Source: Coniocarpon cinnabarinum (taxonomy: Eukaryota). Taken from it: a DNA stretch of 60,512 nucleotides. How positions within the stretch are numbered: the stretch's first letter is position 1; every line of letters begins with the position of its first letter. Positions 36,801 through 50,089 of the stretch are shown here, one piece after another. The position numbers and the translations under genes were made by a program. The stretch is from NCBI GenBank assembly GCA_051942205.1, contig JAVECO010000147.1, forward strand, positions 1-60,512, in the 5' to 3' direction. The notes under the pieces are model-generated. The model was not told where the DNA came from, did no database searches, and saw only the letters and a program-made list of their open reading frames with translations.

Positions 36801-36922
36801 GCATGCATATCATTATCCAAAATTTTAAGTCAGCTTACGTGTAATTGTTTGACAAGGGCAGCGTGTTTTGAGACAGGTGCTTTTACAGCTGGTTCCTCAT
36901 CCAAATTGATCAAGTTTGCCAT
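33836..36922 (-). CDS. palB: Calpain-like signalling protease PalB/Rim13
   Basis: Exon 36922-36839, intron 36838-36782, then a long exon. The catalytic triad is QDAATDCSVVAS / HDYAVL / KNPW, with WPALLEKAYLK.RGGYDFPGSNS and calpain-III domains (W...TAGGN....TY..NPQY). Confidence 0.95.
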
Positions 36923-37279
36923 TGTGTACAGACAAGATGGCTTTCAGCAGCTTTGATACGATTCTAGCGTAAGTAATCTAGAATCGACTTGTCAGCATTT
37001 TGCATAGTAGAAGTGCTACTACGCAGATGGCACGAAGGACATGGCATAATAAGGAGGAGAAGAGAAGAAAAGAAAGAGAGGATTGCAGAGTGAGATATAA
37101 GAAGATGCTCTTCACCTTGACCAAAAGGGAAAAGCTAAGCTCCACCGCGCTAGTGAAGCACTAACCCTTTACGTTTATATGAATACGATATTATCGTTGT
37201 TTACCGCGCAATCAACAACTTCAGACTACCCCAAGAGCTCATAGCTGGATAGATAGTAATGTAGCAAACGAGCATCAAC

Positions 37280-37860
37280 ATGCGGACCACTGCACTCCTG
37301 AGGATGCGGCCTTCGCATACACTGGGCCTCTGCGCCACTCCCACACACGCCATGCGCGCTTGCGCGCTGCGGCGCATGCCTCAAGATATGCCACCAGAAG
37401 GTGGTTATGATCCAGTGCAGTATAAGGTGTGCCTTTCCGAGAGACTCCTTCGAGAAACCTTCGTGCTACGTTGCGGAACTAACTCGACAACGTAACAGCG
37501 CAACCTCCCTGCGCGCGGCTTTCGTCCAGTCTACCTTATCCTTGGCGGAGCCCTGATTATGGCTTATGGCTGGTACCATCTTTTCCACGGAATCCGGGAG
37601 TGGAACGAGCTTGGACGGGAGAAGATGTGGATGCGGATACATTTGACACCGCTGCTGCAGGCGGAGGAAGATCGGGACCAGGTGAGGAGGTATTATGCGA
37701 ATCAAGACCGGGAAAAGGATCTGCTGGGCAGCACGAGTAGCGTGTACCACACGGACAGGTATGGAATTTCATGAATGAAAGCAAGACACTTGGTGTGCTA
37801 ATACATGTTTGAAGATTCGTAAGACCGACTTTTAGTGTTGGCAACCCTCCAGAAGACTAA
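37280..37860 (+). CDS. NDUFA13: Complex I subunit NDUFA13/GRIM-19 (B16.6)
   Basis: Exons 37280(or 37376)-37426, 37499-37758 and 37815-37860 give MPQDMPPEGGYDPVQYKRNLPARGFRP...REKMWMRIHLTPLLQAEEDRDQVRR...VYHTDRFVRPTF. Confidence 0.95.
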
Positions 37861-38203
37861 GGAGGTCACTCGACTCTCTGTTGCAAATGTAGCTGCGAGC
37901 TGTTGCACGTAGTAGTGCGCAGTCGAAGAAGCAGCTACCAAAGTACCCGCTTTCTTGGGCCCACATGACGGGCGCGGACTGCATTGGAGTCGCGAGAAAT
38001 AACTTTGTGTTCATAGAGTGCCTCAGCAACAAAGGGGAAAGCATTGCCACAAGAATGGTTTATGGCAACAAAAAATAAGCTTAGAATTACTCACATAACA
38101 TTGGGGATCTATTCCAGTCTCTACTGGAACCAGCATGGCTGTCACAGTGAACAAGCCTGGAGGTGATAAAATCGGTTTAGATAAGTCTCGTGCTTTTCGT
38201 AAC

Positions 38204-40822
38204 TCATCCTCCCCTTTCTCCAAACTCTTTTGCCCAATCTTCATAATCCTTCAAACCCTGTGTACTCACACTAGGTCTGATGTTAACCAAGCTGGCCTCA
38301 AAATCTTGCATACCAATGGGTCGGATATCCTCAGGCGACATATCGAGGAGCATTTCGCCAAGGCTGCGAAGCGGACCCATAGCGGCGTCTTTCGCGAGTG
38401 CTGTGATATCTGAACCAGAAAAGCCTTAGAGGGATGTCAGCACTGTGTCCTTGCATTGCATATAGATGGTAACCTACCATCAGTAAGATGTACAAGCACC
38501 TCGTAATCGCTGTCTTTCAGGCTGTTCTTTTGCCTTTCCATCAATCGCCGTAATTGGTCTTTTCGCACGGATGGCTCGGGCAGCGGAATGTATTGTCTAC
38601 GCACGAAACGCCGCCTCGCCGCTTCGTCAATTGCCCAAGGCATGTTCGTTGCCGCCAACACGAGCACTCGTGTCGCATCCCCTATGCTTTTGTCCTTCTC
38701 TTCTCGGCCAGCGGCTGCCTTTTGGAGGTCACTCCACTGAATCAGGAACTCGGTTTTGATGCGCCGAGTGGCTTCATGTTCTCCACTCCCAGACCGGCTC
38801 GACAGCAGCGAGTCGATTTCGTCGACGAAGATGATGGAGGGTGCCAATGCTTTGGCAATGGCGAAAAGAGCACGCACAAGTTTCTCAGATTCGCCCAGGA
38901 ACTTGCTTGTCAGACTGCTTGCTGATATTGAAAAGAAGGTCGATTTGGACATGGTGGCAACGGCTCGCGCCAACATCGTTTTTCCAGTCCCTGGCGGGCC
39001 GAACAAAAGCATTCCCCGTGCGGGCTCTCTGAGGCCTTTGAAAAGATCTGGTCGAAGGAAGGGGTATACAACTGCTTCTTTCAAGGCGCTTTTGGCAATA
39101 TCGAGGCCGGCAACATCATCCCACGTCACATGATCACCTTTGATGACGATCTCGTTGAGGATAGACTTGGCCGCCTGCATGTCGATACCTTTTGGAAGAT
39201 TCTTCATGAGGTGCTCGGCTTTTGAATCCCAAGCACGGGATTCAGGTGACCTCATGTTGGTTTCGTCCCCTCCAGAGTCAGCTACAGCTTCTTGAGCGTC
39301 GCTAGTAGCTCTCCTGCGGCGCGCCTTATTTGCTACTTTATCGGTACCGCCCTCGCTGGAATCAGCTGAGGAGAGGTCTGAGGGGCTCTGGGCATCGAGT
39401 ATGGCTGGTACTGCTTTGCGCAATATTCCCGGAGCTTTTCGTCTATTAGGTGACTTTTGTCTTCGCGCCGGGCTCGCGTGGTCGCTCCGAGCATCGCTTC
39501 GGTTGCCATGAGCCATAGCAGCTATAGCTTGCGCCTTTTTTGCATCAATTCCATTGCCAGTAGTGCCATACTCTCGGCGATAAGTCGGGAAGTCTGGCAT
39601 CTTGAGTGGTTCAGATTTTGGCAGGCTGGTGTGCTTGGCCTGTTTTGTAGCTGGATTCTCAGACCCCTCCAGTGGAAACGAAGGATTGTCTCGTCTCACT
39701 CCATTCGACGAGTTTGACACGCTTGCTTCAGGCGCCTGCCGTTCAGGCTGTCGTCGCGCATTTCTGTGCAAATCCCTGTGTGGAGGAGGAGGAGGAGGAG
39801 GAGGAGGAGCCGGCGGTGGCGAGGCCTTGTTGAGAATAATTTGAGGATCTGTATTATGATTTGCTGAAGGTCGAGGGCTTGGAGATCGCGCTTGATTGTA
39901 CGTGGGTGACAGCTTCGTACTCTGGAGCGTAGCACTACTTGCTTCCCCACCTGGCATTGAAAGTTGGGTCTGCGACAAATTCGGCCACGCCATTGTCGCG
40001 GCTTTGCCAGCTGCTGGCTGCTGAGGCTTGCTCCGCATTGTCATTTGCAATTTGCTAGTCGAGTTCCTAGAGGAATCTGGTCGCTGAGGTCTCAATGTAG
40101 ACTTGAACAGGCCGCCCTTTTTCTCGGGGCTTGGTGTTCTTGATTGAAGCTTGGGTGGGAAATCAGGTCCCGGTCCCGGTCCCGGTCCCAGTCCCAGTCC
40201 CGGGGGCGAAATGGCAGACGTCGGGCGCGGAGGAGGTTCTGGTGCACTCGCATTGCGCGCTTGAGGCTGTCCAAGATTGACACCCGGGCCACTGGCACTG
40301 CGTCGCTGCGGTAGACTGGGGCGAGCAAGATCTGGATAGTTGACAGGTGGTATTGTCCCATCCCCAAGTTTGCTCGTAGAAGGTTTCGGAGAAGGTTTCG
40401 AGGACGACCGAGAGCGCGTGCGACTCTTGAGCACGCCATTGGATTCGTCAGAGGTCTTGCCTGCATCGTCCCTGCTTTTCTTTAGAGCCTCTAGCAGATC
40501 CACACGTTCTTTACATTGCATCTCCATCTCCCTCAAAGACTCCTGCAGCGCCTTTTCCGTCTCATTCCTAGCTTTGTAGCTAGCAGGAATACGGAAGGCG
40601 TTATTATAGTAAATCTGGTCAAGGGCCTCGCGCCATGATCGGAGGGCTTCTTCTTCATTGTTCTGGCAGCACTCAGTATAGGTCTCTGGAGCCACACGCC
40701 ATGCTCTTGAAAGCTTGTTAGCCTCGACTGACCTGTTTCTCAAAGTACACAGCAGTAGAACAGATGATATAGCATTGATCGTATGTTTTCTGCATAGATG
40801 AGGCTGGCGAAGATCGCATCAT
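38204..40822 (-). CDS. Sap1/Yta6-like (spastin/fidgetin group) AAA+ ATPase
   Basis: Exons 40822-40733, 40662-38478 and 38424-38204. Motifs: Walker A GPPGTGKT, Walker [26 protein letters not shown] and a Vps4_C-like end ([17 protein letters not shown]). Confidence 0.93.
39782..39808. repeat. (GGA)9 coding microsatellite (poly-Pro in the AAA ATPase)
   Basis: Read directly from the sequence. Confidence 0.85.
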
Positions 40823-41256
40823 CTTGGACGACGGTGCGCAGCGTGTGCAAGAGGAACGCGAAGCCGGCTCGACTGGATGTGGCCATAAACAGATTGCAGA
40901 AGCGCAGTGTATTCTTGTGGCTTGGCCCTCGCGCAGCTGTCACCGTGTTGCTCGTTATCGTTGACTGTCATGCGCACACGAGCAGTGCTTTCGTGTTGCG
41001 CTTTCACGAGGCCTGCAGTGTTGCGCGCCTGCTCCAGTGACGTCGCTATCGATTGGATGCGCAAGCCACATCTCGGCAGCCGCTTAGCCACACTAAGTTT
41101 ACGCGTTCGACCCTGACGAAACTCTAAACTGAACTGTCCCCAAGTGATTCATACCATTTCGTGACTGGCTTTGACTCGAGATCTGTTCAATGACCGTGTG
41201 CAGACTTCATTGGCGTCGCTTCATTCAAACATAGTTTGCATATCGACGTCCTATCA

Positions 41257-43967
41257 CTACCTATGATATGAATCTGCCCTCCCTGAGCTCCAGGTTGCTG
41301 ACTGAAGCCTTGCGACTTGAGCGTCCGGCAAGCTCTCTAGATCCATCATCGTCGCATCTCTCAGCTGCTCTCTCCACACTTCTCCTGCTCGCTTTTGCAA
41401 GGCCTCAGCTCTCTCAGCCAACGCCGCTTCTCGTTGCTTGGCCTGGACCAAGCGTTCCTGCTCGCGCTCCTCGTCCTCATCCTCGACTCGCTTGCGCTTC
41501 CTTTCCCTCTCCTCCGCTCGGCGTTTCATAGCTGCTATGTATCGTGGGCTGTGGGCCAGGCCAGCGCCTTGCTTTTCTCGCGCTCTCACGTCGACTGGCG
41601 GGGTCGTGAAGAAAAGCAACCGTCCGAAATCGTCGCACTGGAATTGGCTTCGGATGTCCGGCGGTATGCCATTGTTGACGGCATCCTGTAGATGGTACAC
41701 CTCCACAGCTTGCGGCGCTTGGTAGTTCTGCACACTGGATGTGTGAGACCCCCCTGCTGGTGTGGTGTTCCGATTCGAGTTGGTGACGTTGTTTGGTGTT
41801 GTCTGAGCCATGCGAGGATTTGCTGTCTGAGCTGTTCCGTAGTTGCTAGCGGTGCGATGATTTGAGGCTGAGCGATTCAATGTTGTGGGAGTGGTAGTAG
41901 ATGATTGCTGCGATGAACGTTGCTGCTGCGGCGGGTTTGTCGCGGGCTGGGGCTGGATGGAGGTTGGTTGAGCTCGTGGGGTACTGGCGTGACTCTGGTT
42001 GCTCGAAGGCTGTGCTGGCACATGTGCCGTAGTCTGCATCGATTTGATCGGCGAAGGAGCTTTGGTTTCTGGAGTAGGCGGGGGTGGAGGAGTTGGTTCG
42101 GGGGGTGGTGATTCCTAGTCAGCGAGGTAAGTACCACTGAATAGGAGTAATCGGAGTATTCAACATTGTCGCCAAGACGTAGGTAGGTGAAAAGTGAAGC
42201 GGCATAGCGGTAAAGGAATCCCGCAGACGAGGTAAATGACAAGCGAAAATATTAGAAACTTACCTTAGGATCCCGCTGTCGTCTGTGCACAGCACCTATC
42301 TTTGGAGGCGCGTTGTCAGCACCCCAAACAGGTTTCGGCGGATCATCTGTGTCTTTCTGCTCATCTTTAAGTAAATATGCAATCGGACTGGGCAGCTTCT
42401 TCATTCTTCTTGGCTCCTTGAACATCTCCATTTCATAGTCTTTCTCCCGCACCTCGTCTGGCAAGCAACTTGCCCACGTCTTGATCTTGTTGAAGCGCTG
42501 CTTGTCCTCATTGTATCTAGACTCGCACACATAAATTTCCTTATCGGGAGGAAAGCCTCGTGGGCGGCCTTTGCCGTACCGCGTGACAAACATGATGAAG
42601 CATCGGTCCACAATTTCATCGACTTGATGGTCACGGTATTGTCCAGTCTTGACCACCTCATTTTCAAAAAAGTGCTTGTCGAAGCGATGGACGGTCTGCT
42701 CAGGACGGTAGTACCAGCATGCATTGATGAACTTTGTGCCGGCCGCATCCTGCCACGTCCGATAGATTTGTGCGGGTATGGGCTTCGTAAAGTCGTTTGC
42801 GTTTTGAACATGTACCCAGTCGCCGACTTGGTACAGTTCGCCATTGTGCATCACGCCGTTCGGAAGCGGTATCCTTCCCTCCTCATCCACAAACTCCGTG
42901 TCGGGCTTCGCGTTCTCCTCGTCAGCAGTCTTGTGCGCTTCTTTTTGGAGTTCGACTGCCAATTTGTAAATCTCACTATCGTCTTCATTGTACAGCTTAG
43001 CGTTGTCAAACATGAGGTCTATATCTTTCATAAATCCTGCCACATCAGCATACTTTTTCCGCTTCATCCGCTTTTTGATCATGTCTGCGGCCATTGGGTT
43101 TTTTATTTCAATATAGTATTCCGGCATTTGAGCCTTGTCAGGGAGCCGATCGAAGTACGACATCTTCAACGCGCCACCCTGCAGCTTTGGTCGTCTAATG
43201 GCTTTCATGATATTCTTGATACGCGCTTCGACTGGGGTATCCACCTTGGGTGGTCTTCCGCGTTTCCTACCGCGTGGATCAAACTCCGATGCATGCTCAT
43301 CGTCATCCTTCTTGCCGGTGCGACTACCTTTCGGCCGTCCACGACCTCTGCGCTTTGTGCTTGACTCGTCTGTCTCCTCGCCAGAATCTTCCTCTTCCTC
43401 ATCGCTCTCCTCTTCAGCAGCGTCTTCTTCCGGTGGAGGATCAGGTTCTGGGATCTCTCCGAGATACGGCAGCTTCACATCGATTCCAGTGACTGTGCCT
43501 GCATCGACTAATTTCTTTAGCTCTCTTTCTAACACGCTGCGAATTTCCAACGCATCCAGGTATGCTCCAGCATCCGGCCGGTTATAAACCTGCGCATTAT
43601 GGGGTATGAGGGCGAAGTCGCGAACACATGCTTGAACATTGGGATATTGCTTCAGATTAAGCCTCGCTTTGATCGTCGACAGTGCTAACGGCTCCTTTAT
43701 GACTTCGTAGTACGAAGGAAGGGTGCGTTTGTTTGGTTTGCGATGAAAGACCTTGCTTGGATCGTGCTGCCCGTTCTCTGTACGGTGCCCGTATATCGTC
43801 ACAAGCATGTTCTGAAACGCTTCCCATTGCGCCGAGGTAATCGTAGATTCTGCGACGTCGCCTGTTGCGCCCGTGCCCTCTGCTGGAGACGTGGCCGCGC
43901 CATCAGCAGCATTGGTTTCAGTGGTTGGTATAGGCGAGTTCGCTGCTTCTGCGTGCTCAGAGCTCAT
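41257..43967 (-). CDS. rsc1: RSC chromatin-remodelling subunit Rsc1/Rsc2 (two bromodomains + BAH)
   Basis: Exons 43967-42264 and 42114-41257. There are two bromodomains (YYEVIKEP..NAQVYN; YYIEIKNP..NAKLYN), AT-hook-like RGRPK/RGRPP motifs, a BAH domain (CWYYRPEQTVH) and C-terminal FQCD..GR.LFFT.PP. Confidence 0.93.
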
Positions 43968-44297
43968 GACAACTACGTGATGTCAATGGAGAACGGAAGC
44001 TATCATCTCACCATTCAACGATAAATCAGATCGCGGTTTGCAGGTGGAATGCTGAGATGAGTACCTTATCGTAAAAGCAAAAGCGGGTCGACCGCGTCGC
44101 CAACGTGAGCCCTTGCATTGAGCGGACGCTAATTGCGAGTAGGGCCAAGCCTTCCTGGTCCTCCACGCGGAACCATGCCGCTGGAGCTTTGACTTTTCCA
44201 AACAAGACCACCGTGAACTTTACAGGCAAGGCATCAGGCCTTTATTGCACGAAATTCGATTTCTGAGTCCTCCAGGAGCTCGCTGAGAAATTGCAAG

Positions 44298-45981
44298 ATG
44301 TCTGCTGCTCAGCTTCTGAATCCTAAAGCGGAGTCGAGGGTGTGTTTGCTCCTCTGGACAGTCGTTTGGAGACTGGTGACCTTGACTGACTGTGCTTCAG
44401 CGCCGCGGCGAAGCTCTCAGCGTCAACATCGCTGCCGGTGAGGGCTTGCAGCAAGTCTTGGCTTCAAATCTGGGACCAACTGGCACCCTCAAAATGCTTG
44501 TGGATGGCTCCGGACAGATCAAACTCACAAAAGATGGTTCTGTGCTTCTCCGCGAAATGTCGATACAAAATCCTACGGCAGTCATGATTGCGCGTGCGGC
44601 GACTGCGCAAGACGACATCACCGGTGATGGGACGACGTCAGTCGTGCTAATGGTTGGTGAACTACTCAAGCAGGCCGATCGATACATTCAAGAGGGCCTG
44701 CATCCTCGAGTGATTACCGATGGATACGAAGCAGCTAAGGAAGAAGCCCTCAAATTCCTCGATCAATTCAAACAAACGAAGCAGATAGATCGCGAGCTGT
44801 GTCTTTCTGTTGCCCGCTCGTCGTTGTCCACAAAACTCTCGCACTCACTTGCTGACAAGCTAACGCCCTCAATCACCGATGCGGTACTTGCCATCACTCA
44901 GCCTGAGCAAAAACCGGATTTACATATGGTCGAGATCATGACGATGCAACATCGATCAGCAGCGGAAACACAGCTTATTCGTGGCCTGGTCACGGACCAC
45001 GGCGCAAGGCATCCGGACATGCCTAGACGTGTCGAAAATGCACACATTCTGACGCTCAACGTTTCCCTGGAATATGAAAAGTCTGAGATCAACAGTGGAT
45101 TTTACTATAGCAGTGCCGAGCAACGAGAGAAGCTTGTTGAGTCCGAACGGCGACATGTAGATGACAAGCTTCGTAAGATTGTTGAGCTCAAGAAAGAAGT
45201 GTGTGGCAATGACCCCAAAAAAGGTTTTGTGGTCATTAACCAAAAAGGCATCGATCCTCTGTCATTAGACGTCCTAACGAAGAACGGCATTCTCGCGCTC
45301 AGAAGAGCAAAGCGGAGAAACATGGAACGGCTGCAGCTTGTCTGTGGCGGCACGGCGCAGAACTCAGTGGACGATCTAACGCCTGACGTGCTTGGTTGGG
45401 CTGGTTTGGTGTACGAACACACACTCGGCGAGGAAAAATACACGTTCATCGAAGAGGTCAAGAATCCAAAAAGCGTGACACTACTCATCAAGGGTCCTAA
45501 TGCGCATACAATCACACAGATTAAGGATGCTGTGCGGGATGGGTTAAGAGCGGTCAACAACCTGATTGTCGACGGTTGCGCAGTGCCCGGAGCTGGGGCG
45601 TTTCAAGTTGCCTGCGCCAACCACCTCAATTCACCTGCCTTTCAGAAGACGGTCAAGGGCAAAGCAAAATATGGCGTCACTGCCTTCGCGGATGCGCTGC
45701 TAGTAATACCAAAAACCCTTGCAGCGAATTCGGGCCACGATATTCAAGATGCGCTGGCTGAACTGCAAGACGAAGCCGCCGAGGGCAACACCGTAGGGCT
45801 CGATGTGAAGACAGGTGGAGCCATGGACCCAACGCAGAGCGGAGTCTGGGATGGATACAAAGTCATCCGGAATTGTGTCGCGAGCAGTCAAGGAATCGCG
45901 AGCAATCTGCTTTTGTGCGATGAGCTACTGAAGGCACGCCAGATGAGCAAGAGCGGTCCTGGAGGCATGCCCGAGGAATAA
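44298..45981 (+). CDS. cct6: T-complex protein 1 subunit zeta (CCT6)
   Basis: Exon 44298-44339 ([14 protein letters not shown]), intron 44340-44400, then exon 2 with [19 protein letters not shown] and [31 protein letters not shown]. Confidence 0.97.
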
Positions 45982-46238
45982 TCAAGAGGAGCTGCAATTC
46001 GCTCAATGTGGCAATGCTCTCCAACATTCCAGGATATGTACGCCAAACATTCGTAATACAGACTGTACAATATCTCCCAATAATACGGCTCAGCCGTATC
46101 TCTATGTTCGAGCATGGACTCCAACGAGCTCTCAACACTACCCCCCCTGAGATCGACTTGTAGCTCGTCGTTGTTCCCAGCGCAAATCAGCAAGAGATGC
46201 ATGGCCCGTAACCGCATGTTGCGCCCACTCGGTTAGTT

Positions 46239-47383
46239 TCACTTCATGGCCACAGGGGTGACTTGTTTGGCCTTCTCAGCCATGACCTCGGCCGCTCGTG
46301 CCAGCTTCTCCGCCTTCAACCTCCTCATGTATGCGAACAAAAGTATGAATAGCAGCTCGACCCTATCGAAACGTCAGCGCAGCTGCGCAAGACTAAGCAG
46401 GATCAACTCACCTCTCCTTCGTCATCATCAAGATACCCTGCACAGCAACACCCTTCATCAACTGCGGTCCAATGCCCTTGAACAGGCTCAACCAGCCCTC
46501 ATGCCTCACCGTATGCACCAACACTTCATCAAATGTCTTGAAAGGCCGTCCCTTGCGTTCCGGCGGCGGCTTGCTTTGCAATCGCACTTTCGCAACAATC
46601 AGCGGCTGCGTCGCAATTGTCGCGAGTGCCTTGCTCAGCGCGCCCAGTACGAAGGCCTCCCACGCTGCTAGGTTCGTCCGGTTCGGAAACAGGATTTCTT
46701 TTAATCGCTGGTAGGCTCCGTATGTGATTGAAGGGTTTACAACAAGCACTAGTGACGCCTTCATCCCACGCCACAGGCCGGACCAGCCGTCTTCGCCATC
46801 GATAATTTCGCGCCCCGTCGCAATCATGCCTTTGCGCTCATCTTTCCGCGACCGTGTCTGTTGGCGTGTTGTAACGACTGAGATTGGTATCGTGAATACC
46901 TGAGCCAGGGCACCGGCGGCTGCGCCCAACGAGAGTTCTGCAGCGGTTGACGGCGGCTTCGCGAGCGCGCGGTATTTCAAGTATAATGTACGAACGACGG
47001 AGTACCAGTAGAAATATGCAAAGTTTTGGGAGACGACGCCAATGAGGGAGGGCGCTATGCCAGCATACAGACCAGCAAGGCCCTCGTCTTCGAGTATTCG
47101 AGTCACGGCGTGGAGTGTGCTGTCGTAGTGAGGGGCATCATCATCTGATGTTCGTGTCTCGGTGGAGCTTGTGGATGTCGACGAGGTACTGGCGCTGGAT
47201 TTGGAGCCCTGGACTTGTAGACGAGTTTTCACACTGGATATCGAGTCAGACCAGAGTGTAAGGTCAAGATCGAGCTTCATACATGTCAAGAGGGTAGACC
47301 ATGGCGTTTGCAACGAGTGCGCCTGTTGAGCCTGCCAATGCCAGGCCCCATGGTGGGAGCACTTCTTCTTTCTGGCCTGGCAT
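46239..47383 (-). CDS. ant1: Peroxisomal adenine nucleotide transporter (mitochondrial-carrier family)
   Basis: Exons 47383-47283, 47233-46412 and 46362-46239. Carrier signatures are YPLDIVKTRLQ, IPISVVTTRQQ and QPLIVAKVRLQ, plus NFAYFYWYSVVR and LVVNPSITYGAYQRLK. Confidence 0.9.
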
Positions 47384-47784
47384 AGCCGAGCAACGAACAC
47401 AGATTGAACAGTGGGGGAAATGGTTACGGGAAACTCGAAAAATATGTCGAAATGACAATTTCTTGCTTTTGAATACTGTGGGACCGTGAGGTGACTATCT
47501 ATCCAAGAAAAAGCATACAGATTACCTCCAACACGAAGAAAACGCTGATTCGTGACGCTACGAGCAATGAAGCGTCGGCGGCGGATCCGATCATACGATT
47601 GACCTCGGATCTTGGGTGCTAATGCCATGATTTGCTTCATTGCACCTTTTAGCACGTGCGTTGTCTTGCTTGTATGGCAGGGTGATCATTTGTCATTTTG
47701 TAATGTCCTTGACACATCCCTTGGCTTGCCTTGAATGTCCCAAGTGTTGAGCACCTAACTTAAGTAGATGCATTGAAACCTCCC

Positions 47785-48201
47785 ATGTCTCAGGCGAACA
47801 GCCCGTATCCTTCCTCAGCCACCTCCACTCGTCCCACCTCCACCGCTCACCCTTTCGCCCCATTCTCCGCTCCCAGCCAGTCCAAGCCCGCTGGCCCATC
47901 ACCAGAAACCCTTGACATCGTGCCCGCGCTTCACGAACTGCTCAGTCGGACGTTGCCTATCGTACCTGGCGCGAGCAGCCAACCTGGTGCCGGTCAGCCG
48001 GCATTTCCAAAGCAAGAGACGTTGGACATCAGTCACTTGGCGAGTGAGATTTCAAGTGTGAGGGCGAGGATCAATAAAGCGAGGAAGGATATTGAGGTAC
48101 TGCCGGACATGGAGCGGACAATCGAAGAGCAGGAAGAGGAGATGACAAATCTGAGGGCGAAGATCCAGCAGCAGGTGAATGTAATTGAAGGCCTAAGATG
48201 A
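47785..48201 (+). CDS. med9: Mediator subunit Med9 (Cse2)
   Basis: PETLDIVPALHELLSR...RARINKAR..I..LPDMERTIEEQEEEM..LRAKI, the typical Med9 C-terminal helices. Confidence 0.85.
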   Translation: MSQANSPYPSSATSTRPTSTAHPFAPFSAPSQSKPAGPSPETLDIVPALHELLSRTLPIVPGASSQPGAGQPAFPKQETLDISHLASEISSVRARINKARKDIEVLPDMERTIEEQEEEMTNLRAKIQQQVNVIEGLR

Positions 48202-50089
48202 AGCATGCCTGCCTACGCTTCGTAAAAAACATTCCCTATCGAAAGGTCGCTATGCCAAGATAGCTCATCACCGATGAGGTGCAGACTCGGCAGGCGACAC
48301 TCGTCTGTTAACATGAAATGGGGCGGCCTGAGCGACGCTCAGTCCTGGTCCACAAAGCACGCACTGAGTTGTAGCCAAGCTGTTCAAGGCGCTGATGAAG
48401 AAAGCAGCATCGAGTGAGTCACCCAGCGTGAGGTCCTGCATAGCAGGACACCTCCATGGAAGTCGAGGCGTCCCGATCGTTCAAGACACCACGTGAGACC
48501 AGCCATGCTACGCCTTCTCCTTTTAATCTGTTCTCATTAGGACCTTGAGGTGGTGGAGCCAATACCAAAGGTTGAACAAGTGAATACTCTGATCCCTGGT
48601 TGAAACATCAGTAACCTCGATCAGGCTAGATGCGACCAGCGCCTTATTCAGCCATTCCCTGAAGACGGGTAGCGGAACGCCGCGAGAGGCAAGCCATAGC
48701 TGTGATCTCATCGAGCTTGCTAAGCAGGTGCACAAATGCTGTCATTGAGCTCATCGGCTGCCAAAATTTCACTACAGCTGGTTTGATGTCAGACGTTTGA
48801 CAAGTAGGAGCAACCCTCGTATTAGCACTGGGATTTCAAGAAGAACCCGCAGTTAACGGAGGAAGTTGCGCACCTCCTGAGAACCCTCTCCTCTTCCTCG
48901 TCCTCGAAAGGTGTTCTGGAACATGACCTTTGCAAACTCTCGTCACATTGGCCGAGGCTACAACGACTCTCCTTGACAATGCAGGTGACGGAAAACGCGC
49001 TTTTTTAATCCCATGTATCAAAGTTTCCTAATCGAAAAGAAACCCCTTGTTTTATGCAGTTGCCGTGATCAGACTTCCTGCCTGAGACCAGGCTTACGCC
49101 AGGCTAGCGAGGTTGGCTCTATCTGTAGGGAAGATAGCAATGAAACAGGATCAACTGGGACACTATCGCTCGTCTTCGCTACTTATAGCTGGCATGTTCA
49201 TGGTTAGAGCGCTGTTCTGCTAAACGTCACCACTCCAGGCGCCAGCATTCCAGCCCAAGAGATGCTGCTTTACTCGAGTCATTCTCACAGCATGATGGAG
49301 CTTATTATGAAGAGGATGGCATATGCGCGTGGCACAAAAAAAAGAGACATGTCATCATCATCATCATCAGAACAGGAACCCACTCGCGCGTGAAGCTACG
49401 CACCACATTACGGAGAGCTTGACATTTGAAGATCCCAATACTTCAAACACGCTGCCGAGGGTCCCGACGACTCCGACGTCCTACCACTACCATCTACTCT
49501 TTCAGGACATGGATGTTCAGGGCTATTCTGGCCTCCTCCGTCCCGGTCAAGCCGTATTACGCGAGGCCAACTTTGGCGATCCCGTCGCTAAGAAGTTCCC
49601 GCCCATCCCGAACTCCTCTCCAAGACCTACCAGCAACTTCAAGTCTGCATTACTGGATGCTCCAAAAGGCGCGCGATTTAGTGTAATGAGAGGTGACCAG
49701 TATGAATAACGGTCGTGTTCATGCCTTGTGGCGATCATTTGGCTGACTTAAGATGTGTGAGGTAGACAAGAGGGTTTCTGAGCGTTACAGGGCCTGAGAC
49801 TTGTTGATGTTTCGCAACTGATGCTACCGGGCTGACGCAAGCGAGTAGGATTGCTTATTTCCGCAATAAGGCTCCTGTGGTACGCCGTTGCTACAGGGCG
49901 AGCAACTCCTGTGAACATCGACACCGTTTTCATGATGAGATTCGTGTGCCCACGTAGCAAACCCGTTCGAACAACCGAAGAGTCTAAATGGGACCCCCCT
50001 TACTTCCGCCTCCTCGTGAAATTGCATTCACGACTTCTTATCCACCAGGCCTCTTTGTGTCGCTGTAGTCAATCTATTTGGCCTGGATT

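Noticed and set aside
46408..47655. 415-aa ORF-track version of ant1
   Set aside because: The N-terminal part reads through promoter and intron sequence. The spliced model from ATG 47383 restores the first carrier motif.
48523..48735. ORF with faint BTB-like wording (VFREWL...LFNLWYW)
   Set aside because: Too short and weak to support a domain call without an HMM search.
49323..49709. 128-aa ORF with a (CAT)n His run upstream of the knottin
   Set aside because: No recognisable motif or signal peptide; kept only as a possible member of the island.
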